DNA of 30,215 bases from IMG/VR virus record IMGVR_UViG_3300042889_000813, positions 1 through 30,215 of that record; one strand, 5' to 3'. A program made the position numbers and the translations under genes. Positions 23,033 through 30,215 of this stretch are shown in pieces (position 1 is the first letter of the stretch; every line of letters starts with the position of its first letter). The stretch is from a virus (taxonomy: Duplodnaviria; Caudoviricetes). The notes below the pieces were generated by a model. It was not told the DNA's origin. It saw nothing but the letters and a program-made list of their open reading frames with translations, and searched no databases.

Positions 23033-23986
23033 TTATAAAGCTAAATTACCAAACACATACGCTTCCGTTGCGGAAATAAACAGAATTGTAGCACTTGAAT
23101 ATTGACTATTAATCTTAAGTTTGCCACCGTCACTTCTTAACGTTACGCCTGATCCAACAATTGTTGTTTGACCTGCTCCATATTGTGTAACCAAAACTTG
23201 TTGACCCGCTGTAAAAACTCCTGAGGGAACTGTCAAAGTGTTTGCAGTTGCCTTATTCATTTCTATACATTCACCGTTATCAGTTGCTACAAGTGTGTAA
23301 GAATCAGTTTTGCGGTCTAATATTAAATCAAGAACTTTTTGCTGTGTGTACGTTGCCCAACTTGTACCATTCCATCGATAAGTCACATTGTTTTTTAAAG
23401 ACGTAACAAATGCACCAATTGGTGCGTATGTGTTTTGAAAAACATATGCCCAAAAAGCACCATCCCATTCAATTACACCTGCATAAGTTCCCGAAGGGTA
23501 TAAGTATCTATCTCCAACTGTCGGGGAGGATGGGAGCGATGTTATTACATCAATAACAGGTGTTGCCACCGATGTTTGAGAGCTATAAAAAGCCCACGTT
23601 GTACCGTTCCATCTATAAGTAATAGAAGTTTTTGTATTTGTCACTAAAGTACCCACCTCCGCAGTTGGCTGCGCTGTTATGTACGCCCAAAACGACCCGT
23701 TCCATTCAATCACACCGTTGTAAGTCCCTGAAGGGTATAGATATTTATCTCCAACATTTGGCGAGGCAGGGAGCGATGTTATTACGTCTAAAACTATAAT
23801 TGAAGCCTCCGTTGTTACTCCTAATTCTTTAATAGAACCCTCAACATGGTATTTTAACTTACCATCTATGTAATGGATAGTTCCGTTTTCTTTTACTATT
23901 CCGCTTTCGGATGCAAGTACGTCTGGCTGCACCTTCCAAGTAGCGTTGTTAATCGTTTGCGTGTTGTCAATTATTGTTACTCCCAT
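23033..23986 (-). CDS. Fibre-like protein with two 79-aa DUF2793-like repeats
   Basis: DVITSLP.SP.VGD.YLYPSGTY.GVIEW.G.FW...TYRWNGT.W x2; C-term YTLV.TD...TLTVP...Q.GAGQ.TI domain. Confidence 0.7.
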   Translation of the reverse strand: MGVTIIDNTQTINNATWKVQPDVLASESGIVKENGTIHYIDGKLKYHVEGSIKELGVTTEASIIVLDVITSLPASPNVGDKYLYPSGTYNGVIEWNGSFWAYITAQPTAEVGTLVTNTKTSITYRWNGTTWAFYSSQTSVATPVIDVITSLPSSPTVGDRYLYPSGTYAGVIEWDGAFWAYVFQNTYAPIGAFVTSLKNNVTYRWNGTSWATYTQQKVLDLILDRKTDSYTLVATDNGECIEMNKATANTLTVPSGVFTAGQQVLVTQYGAGQTTIVGSGVTLRSDGGKLKINSQYSSATILFISATEAYVFGNLAL

Positions 23987-23987
23987 T

Positions 23988-24554
23988 TTATATTGATTTT
24001 AAAAGTTCCTTAATTTCGTTTATTATATCCTCGTGGCTTTCCGCTTCCAATTGGTCTAAGCCATCAAACTTACCCTCGATACTAAACCCTTTGAATTTAC
24101 CGTCTTTTATTTGTTGCCAAACCTCTTCATTGTAAACTTTCATCTTAACAACCCATGAACCTTTAACAGCATCTAATTTATAAATGTTAGACTTGTCGTG
24201 TTTCTCATCTTCAACAATCCAACTCTCGATTAAGCTAACACCCTCAACATTGTGGTCATGGTCAACTGTTACGTTGTTATTGTAATTCTTTTTAAGATAA
24301 AGTTCTTGCACCTTTGCGATTGTTTCCTCACTAAACGAAATTGTAAACTCTTTGTCTTTAATACGTCTTAAAATCTGTTTGTTAGGTACCAATGCAAGTC
24401 CCACAACTTCACGTTTCTCATCGTTGGTAACTTGTAACTCAACATCCAATGTGCTTAGAAAAATAAAATCTTCCTCAATAGCGGGCTTGTCGACAAGTGA
24501 AATCGCGAAACACCCTTGTTCATCATCTTTAATTGTTAGCTCTATATTCTGCAT
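23988..24554 (-). CDS. Prohead serine protease (XkdF-like)
   Basis: AISLVD.PAIE, G.ALVPNK.I.R, .DH, ESWIVED, GSW...KV, IK.GK.KGFSIEG.F. Confidence 0.85.
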   Translation of the reverse strand: MQNIELTIKDDEQGCFAISLVDKPAIEEDFIFLSTLDVELQVTNDEKREVVGLALVPNKQILRRIKDKEFTISFSEETIAKVQELYLKKNYNNNVTVDHDHNVEGVSLIESWIVEDEKHDKSNIYKLDAVKGSWVVKMKVYNEEVWQQIKDGKFKGFSIEGKFDGLDQLEAESHEDIINEIKELLKSI

Positions 24555-24559
24555 ACTTT

Positions 24560-24587
24560 TATAACTTAATTTATATTAAAATGTTGC
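24560..24587 (-). promoter_or_regulatory. Late (ECF-type) promoter
   Basis: GCAAC-N17-GTTATA, 5 nt before ATG. Confidence 0.75.
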
Positions 24588-26213
24588 ATTTCTTACTCTA
24601 TTACGGTCTAAGGCTTGCGCTGTTGACACTTCTCCACTTACTACATACGCTTTAATAGGTTGTTGTTGCAACGCTCCTAACTGCATTTGTGGTTGCGCTT
24701 GTATAATATCAAAGGAAGGAGTACGTGGTGCTGTTGGTGTACTTGTTGCTGTATCTCCACCACCGCCACTGCTCTGAAATTGTGTGTTAGCTATCTTTGC
24801 TATGTTCAAAGCTCCTAATGTTCCAACTAAACCTGCCTGTATAATTTGCGCACCGGGAAATAAAGGCACTTGAGTTAATGCGGCTGTAACACCTTGAGCA
24901 GTGTTAACAATAGCTTGACCTAAACTTGCTGCCTTGTTTAATTGAAATGCTTTACGTTGGTCTGCTTCGTTACCTTGAGCGAATAAGTCAGCAACACTCC
25001 TAATGACATCAAAAGACATTGCTGTTAATTCTTGTTTCTTTCTGTTTTTATCTTCTTCTAATTTTAACTCAGCTTCGTTATGTGCTTCAATCTGTTTTAC
25101 TTTTTCTTCATTGATAACATTTTGCGCTTCCATCAATTTACGAGCGTCTCGAATAGCTTTCTTTGTAGGGTCTTCTAATTCTTTTTTCTTTAACGTATTT
25201 TTTTCGGCTTCTTCAAGCATCTTTGCTTGATTTTCATAGAAATCTTTTTCAGCTTGTAACTGTTTTTGGATTGCGTTTTTTCTTTTTTCGTTTGCGTCTT
25301 CTATTCTTTCTTGTTGGTTTTCTCTTAATTGTCTATTGTAAGAAGCATCTAAAGACTTAGACTCAGCATATAAATTTTTTAAATTCTCTTGAGCTTCTTT
25401 TCTTTTTTGTCTTTCAGCAGAATTATTACTTGTAAACGTATTAAAAAGAACATTTTGGTCAAATATTCGTTTATTAATTATTTCCTTCTCTTTTTTGTAA
25501 ACTTCTTGCTCACTTGCACCTCTTGCCCTTAATAATTGTAATTCTCTTTCTTTATCATTTAAACCTCCTTTTGATGCGTTACGTTCCTTTTGTCTTGCAT
25601 CAGCAACTTTACCTAATTCTTCAGCATATTTTTTATTCTCTTCATTTAAACGTTTTTGTTTTTGAATATTATCTTCTATCTCATCGTTGTACTTATCCAT
25701 TAAATAAATAGCAGTACCAATTGCAGCAATAACTAAACCAATACCAGTAGCCATTAACGCTCCTTTTAAAGTAGCAAATGCTGTTACAACTTGATTTTTA
25801 ACAACTGAAGCTAAAGCTATCATTGAATCTTTTAAGCCTCCTAAAGACTGCAACCCCTCTGCTAAAGCCATTGCGCTTTGAACTTTCAATAATTGAGCTT
25901 CAACTTCTTTGCTTTCAACACCAATTAAACCCAAAGCTCCTTGATAAGCAGCGAACCCACTCGCAACACCTCCCAAAGATGAAGATAATGCTTTGAATTT
26001 CGCATCAGGGTTAAAGGCATCCGTTAAGGCTTTCGCATCTTCAATTTGATCTTTTAGTTCCGCTGCTCTTTTCGCTGCATTTGCCGCTTCTTTAGATGTC
26101 ACACCGAACTGCTCCGATAACTTCGCTACTTCCGCCTGTGCTTCCCTAAGCTGTGATTTTAGTGAACCTAAATTATTCTTTACCTCTAATTCAATTATTT
26201 TCTTTTCTGCCAT
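24576..26213 (-). CDS. Tape measure-like protein
   Basis: Ala/Gly-rich helices, TGIGLVIAAIG hydrophobic segment, long coiled coil, C-term AYVVSGEV.TAQ.LDRN. Confidence 0.75.
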   Translation of the reverse strand: MAEKKIIELEVKNNLGSLKSQLREAQAEVAKLSEQFGVTSKEAANAAKRAAELKDQIEDAKALTDAFNPDAKFKALSSSLGGVASGFAAYQGALGLIGVESKEVEAQLLKVQSAMALAEGLQSLGGLKDSMIALASVVKNQVVTAFATLKGALMATGIGLVIAAIGTAIYLMDKYNDEIEDNIQKQKRLNEENKKYAEELGKVADARQKERNASKGGLNDKERELQLLRARGASEQEVYKKEKEIINKRIFDQNVLFNTFTSNNSAERQKRKEAQENLKNLYAESKSLDASYNRQLRENQQERIEDANEKRKNAIQKQLQAEKDFYENQAKMLEEAEKNTLKKKELEDPTKKAIRDARKLMEAQNVINEEKVKQIEAHNEAELKLEEDKNRKKQELTAMSFDVIRSVADLFAQGNEADQRKAFQLNKAASLGQAIVNTAQGVTAALTQVPLFPGAQIIQAGLVGTLGALNIAKIANTQFQSSGGGGDTATSTPTAPRTPSFDIIQAQPQMQLGALQQQPIKAYVVSGEVSTAQALDRNRVRNATF

Positions 26214-26367
26214 TTGTAGCTTGTTTTAAGTATAACTCTCTTTTAGCTTGTTTGTAGCTTTCACGAACCGAATTAGTAAGTTTATATTTCCCTTTAGCGA
26301 TGTCGATAATTTCGCTTTGACCGTAAAAATCGTTAGACTTCAATAGTTGTATAATTGTATTAAGCAT
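26191..26367 (-). CDS. Hypothetical protein upstream of TMP
   Basis: Start reassigned to MLNTIIQLL; IDIAKGKYKL motif. Confidence 0.6.
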   Translation of the reverse strand: MLNTIIQLLKSNDFYGQSEIIDIAKGKYKLTNSVRESYKQAKRELYLKQATNGRKENN

Positions 26368-28543
26368 CTTGATAAATTGTTGTGTAAGGTATACCTTCAC
26401 GTGTTAACGATGTTTCAACAGGAACGCCCGACGTGTTAGTTGGTAAAGTAATTGATATTAATTGTTCTGATGTATAAGTTGTGCAAGTAGCACCCACACA
26501 TATTTCTGTTGATGTTTGACCATTCTCGATAAATACCGGAACTTCAACTGTTGTTGTTGCGGCTGTTTGAATAGGCACGTTAACATTCGCGACCGCTCTG
26601 AAATCATTGATTAAAGACAAATCAACTTCACCACTTGTAAGGTTTACTTTCATCTCGTTAATTACATAACGTTTGTCACGTATAATTAAACGGTCGTTTA
26701 ACTTTAAACTTGTAAGTAATGAAATTGGAAACAATGCTTTAACGTTTGTAAGTCTGTTTTTAGGGTTGTATAGGTTTTGTAAATACGCATTGTAATAATT
26801 TAAATATAATGAGTTGTTGATTGACGTACTATCAAATGCACTACCTTCTACTGAAAAATGATTTGAATATATAGCGTTGTTGTATGTTGTTTGATTAGTT
26901 AACGGTTTATAAGTGTTTACTATTGCATTCGAAACCCCTGTATCAAAATAAAAAGACGTTGCAACAGAATTTTCATTGTAATAAAGTAAAATAGGTTTAT
27001 TGTCGTAACTTTCAACAGAATTGATAGTGTCTAATATAAATGCTTTTGGCGGTTCTGAAGCGTTTGTTGCATCTTCTTTTGTGAATGATATGTTTTCAAA
27101 CGGTACATCAACTTTATATTCTCCTCCATCATAATTTGGAAATGACTCTTTTACACTTCCGAATTCACGCGCAAATCTTGAATCATATTCTTTATTTATA
27201 AAACTTTCTGAGTTTTCATAATCAAATGATATTTCTTTGTAAAGTTTATGTCTTTCAATTGTAATTTCGTCCGTGTCAACATAATCTGTAATATCTACAA
27301 CCGCACCTTTTGTATACCAATCGTCTAAAGGTTCTACTTGAAAGTTGTCTATTGATGTAGCGTAACAAGTAAGGTTAAACATTTTAAATATACCACTTAA
27401 AAAGTCACTAATTTTTATATTAGGAGCTTGGTCATTTGGGTTTAAAAAGTTAGTAGTTGTTATATTTGAGCAAGTTATAAAAGTGTTTGTAGAAACACCT
27501 CCTGTTCCTTGTACTACTATCAAAGGTGCAGCACTTGTTAATGGTGAATTTGAGCGTAATCTAAAAGTATAATTTGAAGTACTATTAGCCAATGGGAATT
27601 GATAAGGTACACCACTTGTGCCTATTGCTGTGTATAATGTAAATGTATTTACAAGTTTTCCATCTAAATAAACATCTAAAAAACACTGTTGAACAGTTGA
27701 ATGAGTTACCTTAATAGTAAACTGACCAGAAACTTTAACCATTGTGTTGTTGGTTAAATTATAAGTTGCTGTTGATGGAGTAGAAGTACCACTGATAAAA
27801 TCTAATTCAACAGAAAAAACTTCCCGAAATGACTTCTTGTTTTTTAACAATAAAAATAAATTAGTAAATAATTTCTGATTGAAAAATAAACTGTTAAATG
27901 TTATACCGTATTTTGTTTGAATAGCTTCAAATATTTTACTTGCACGTAATGCAGGAAATAATTCATTGTAAACAATAGGGTAACTGCTATTACTTATATC
28001 TGTATTTGACCCATCTCCATAACTCCATATTCTATTAGATGAAATCAAAGGAAATCTAATATGAGAAAAAGGATTATTTGTTGTAAGTTCTGACCTCACC
28101 GCAGTTCCGTTGTAAGTCATTCCATACGAACTCAAATCTAAATCCTTTAGAGTATCATCTCCAAACTTATCTTTAAGGCTCGTTAAATCACCGTAAAACG
28201 TTATAGAATAGCTTTCAACACGTCCTTTAACAACGTTGGAACTCTCGATTGATATTTTCCCACTCCTAAATGGTATCGTACCTATCTCGATAAATCCGTT
28301 ACGCTTAATATTAGGGTTGTCATTTGCATTCACATCTGTTTGGTAAAAATGTTCAAATAGTCTATTATTACGTGGTGAAGCAGGAATAGTGAACGACTGA
28401 GTAAAATCCGTGTAAACTTTTGCCAGGTCTTGAACGTTTTGAATCGAGCTATTAATCTGAATTTCTTCATCGTTAAACAACTCTAACTTTTCGTAATTGC
28501 CTGAATTAGCAATAACTTCTATGTATACGTCTACCTTTCTCAT
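26360..28543 (-). CDS. Large tail tip/hub protein
   Basis: LELF.DE.I....IQNV.D..KV.TDFTQSFT.PAS; 727 aa in the tail cluster. Confidence 0.7.
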   Translation of the reverse strand: MRKVDVYIEVIANSGNYEKLELFNDEEIQINSSIQNVQDLAKVYTDFTQSFTIPASPRNNRLFEHFYQTDVNANDNPNIKRNGFIEIGTIPFRSGKISIESSNVVKGRVESYSITFYGDLTSLKDKFGDDTLKDLDLSSYGMTYNGTAVRSELTTNNPFSHIRFPLISSNRIWSYGDGSNTDISNSSYPIVYNELFPALRASKIFEAIQTKYGITFNSLFFNQKLFTNLFLLLKNKKSFREVFSVELDFISGTSTPSTATYNLTNNTMVKVSGQFTIKVTHSTVQQCFLDVYLDGKLVNTFTLYTAIGTSGVPYQFPLANSTSNYTFRLRSNSPLTSAAPLIVVQGTGGVSTNTFITCSNITTTNFLNPNDQAPNIKISDFLSGIFKMFNLTCYATSIDNFQVEPLDDWYTKGAVVDITDYVDTDEITIERHKLYKEISFDYENSESFINKEYDSRFAREFGSVKESFPNYDGGEYKVDVPFENISFTKEDATNASEPPKAFILDTINSVESYDNKPILLYYNENSVATSFYFDTGVSNAIVNTYKPLTNQTTYNNAIYSNHFSVEGSAFDSTSINNSLYLNYYNAYLQNLYNPKNRLTNVKALFPISLLTSLKLNDRLIIRDKRYVINEMKVNLTSGEVDLSLINDFRAVANVNVPIQTAATTTVEVPVFIENGQTSTEICVGATCTTYTSEQLISITLPTNTSGVPVETSLTREGIPYTTIYQDA

Positions 28544-29563
28544 CTATACAATGCTATTAATTAAATCATACGCAAATTCAAATTCCAAACTATAATTAAT
28601 CTGTTTTGTGTTTATCGACTTGTTTAGTTCAATTGATTTAGTTTTAAGAATAGCAGGCTTTTCATCTACTAACACTTTTTCGCTCAACATTAATTGCTTT
28701 AAGTTGTCCTTAAAATCTTCTTCAACCCATCCACTATTAACCTTAATACTTTGTTTTCCGTTTTGGTTATACGTAGTTCTTTGACCACCTGTTAAACTGT
28801 AATTGTACGGTTGCATTAAGTTGTAATCTTTGTTGGTTACTTCGATATTATCGTTAGATGCTTTAAAGAAAAACTCACGTTGGAACGCTCCGTGTCTATT
28901 TATGAAGTCAACCTTAACAGGTGTGTACAAACATTCCTCAACAGGCTTGAATATCCATGTCGCTTGAACTGCACTTCCTGAGTCAATTATCTGTGTTGTC
29001 CATTTTTCAGTAAACCTACTATTATACGCACGTGGAAAATAGTAGAACCCTTGAGTAAGTGATGAACTTAAGTAAGTAACTCCCTCAGGGTCTGTCCATC
29101 TTACTTTATCGCCTGTTTGAACACGTGCTAATATAAAACCTGCATTTGAACCGCTATGATAGTAGTAAGTTTTTTCGTCCAATAAGTAATCAACAGCATT
29201 ATTATTTATCCCATCTGCAAAATCATTGTATCCATCCGTTGCGATTTCGTCTGTTGTATCTATTAACGACTCTGTAATTCCTACGGTCTTATATCTCTTT
29301 ACCCTAACGTTTAGCTTTTGAATACTAAGGTATGTAGATGTTAGTGATGTAATATTAGTATAAACCGTGTGGTCAAAGTATTCACGAATGTAAGGCGCAA
29401 TGTCATAATAAGTTGTTGGTGCGTTTGATGCAGGAATAGCTTTACTTAAGTTGTATTGTGGTGTACCACTGAACGTTGTCGCACTGATAAATAGCTCTAT
29501 TCGTGTACTAACTTGACTTGTTTCATTAATACTAATAATATACGGTGACCTTGCTCTAATCAT
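28544..29563 (-). CDS. Tail structural protein (distal-tail-like)
   Basis: ARSPY...FIN..GA...FFK...VNSGWV.E...QLMLSE.V. Confidence 0.65.
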   Translation of the reverse strand: MIRARSPYIISINETSQVSTRIELFISATTFSGTPQYNLSKAIPASNAPTTYYDIAPYIREYFDHTVYTNITSLTSTYLSIQKLNVRVKRYKTVGITESLIDTTDEIATDGYNDFADGINNNAVDYLLDEKTYYYHSGSNAGFILARVQTGDKVRWTDPEGVTYLSSSLTQGFYYFPRAYNSRFTEKWTTQIIDSGSAVQATWIFKPVEECLYTPVKVDFINRHGAFQREFFFKASNDNIEVTNKDYNLMQPYNYSLTGGQRTTYNQNGKQSIKVNSGWVEEDFKDNLKQLMLSEKVLVDEKPAILKTKSIELNKSINTKQINYSLEFEFAYDLINSIV

Positions 29564-30102
29564 TTCGGTTGTTTAATTGAATAGTTGAATATCTTTTCTA
29601 AATCTATTTTTAAGTCGTTGACTAATTCCTGTGGTAATCGTTTATAAGCTGCTTCAAATGGTTTGGTAAAAAATAAAGTAGGTCTTATTCCCTTAGCGTA
29701 GATTGACCTTGTAATTATCCATGCAGTTGAGTCGTAACTCATGAACTTCCCCTTCTTATCTTTGAACTGAAATTTACGTGCCTTAACCCATCTGTTTATT
29801 CCTTCCGTCAATCCACCTTTTTTACCTTTGCCACTTCCAAACTTATAAGGTGAGTTCGGAGCTCTCGAACTTGAACGCTTACCCTTAACACCTTTGTCTT
29901 GATAGTTACCGTATTCCTCCATTTGGAAGTTCAAAAAGTAACCTTTAGCATAAACCTTTGCTTCACCTTTTAAAGAGTTGTATAACTTTCGTGATACATT
30001 CCTATCGCCCTTAGTTAAGTTAGTACGCGCTTGTTTAATTACCGAAGCCTTGAACTTATCCAATGCAGCTTGTAGCCCCGATTCCCTTAAATCTGCTAAC
30101 AT
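29560..30102 (-). CDS. Tail completion / neck protein
   Basis: Basic 180 aa; LYNSL, YG.YQDKGVKG, I.RSIY.KGI.PTLFFTKPFE. Confidence 0.6.
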   Translation of the reverse strand: MLADLRESGLQAALDKFKASVIKQARTNLTKGDRNVSRKLYNSLKGEAKVYAKGYFLNFQMEEYGNYQDKGVKGKRSSSRAPNSPYKFGSGKGKKGGLTEGINRWVKARKFQFKDKKGKFMSYDSTAWIITRSIYAKGIRPTLFFTKPFEAAYKRLPQELVNDLKIDLEKIFNYSIKQPK

Positions 30103-30215
30103 ATTGTCATTTCATTAGGTGCTAATATGTCAAAGGTCATTGTCCAACCTGCAACAGCATCGGTAAACCTATCAACAAAAGGCTCGCAACTTGCAGTGTC
30201 GTCTAACACTTCATA
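30096..30215 (-). CDS. C-terminal part of a tail terminator-like protein (runs off window end)
   Basis: ...YEVLDDTASCEPFVDRFTDAVAGWTMTFDILAPNEMTIC*. Confidence 0.55.
   Translation of the reverse strand, partial: YEVLDDTASCEPFVDRFTDAVAGWTMTFDILAPNEMTIC

Noticed and set aside
716-25711. All plus-strand ORFs in the ORF track
   Set aside because: They are antisense shadows of well-supported minus-strand genes (or span the origin-like gap), have no recognisable motifs, and no plus-strand promoters were found.
1-30215. Lysogeny module, tRNA genes, IS elements, tail-chaperone frameshift
   Set aside because: No integrase or repressor motifs, cloverleafs, transposases or chaperone gene pair were recognised; these could lie outside the window.

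Overview
The window is a large part of an AT-rich tailed dsDNA phage genome (siphovirus-like Caudoviricetes). The host is probably a Bacteroidota/Flavobacteriia bacterium, judged from TAnnTTTG promoters, a DUF3127 protein and a BT4734/VirE-N primase. All credible genes lie on the minus strand. In transcription order (high to low coordinates) the window contains: tail completion and tail proteins; a tape measure-like protein; the prohead protease; fibre-like genes and a TM-GAF protein; scaffold; major capsid; two paralogous tail tube genes; portal; adaptor; a LamG fibre; holin and endolysin; small early genes; an origin-like gap; primase-helicase, SF2 helicase and VRR-NUC; ERF, Gp157 and DUF3127; small genes including a mini-kinase, DUF3310 and MazG; an ECF sigma factor; and the start of a terminase small subunit. 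No integrase, repressor, DNA polymerase, RT, tRNA or CRISPR was seen. The most notable observations are four: (1) a kissing-loop/terminator RNA leader upstream of the primase-helicase; (2) four RCAAC-N17-GTTATA late promoters only 5-7 nt from ATG, implying leaderless mRNAs; (3) a 57-nt synonymously diverged copy of a structural-gene segment inside a duplicated early cassette; (4) a 120-aa kinase-like protein and a 58-aa protein ending in an RNR-like CxxCGS tail. All product calls come from motif recognition by eye, without database searches.
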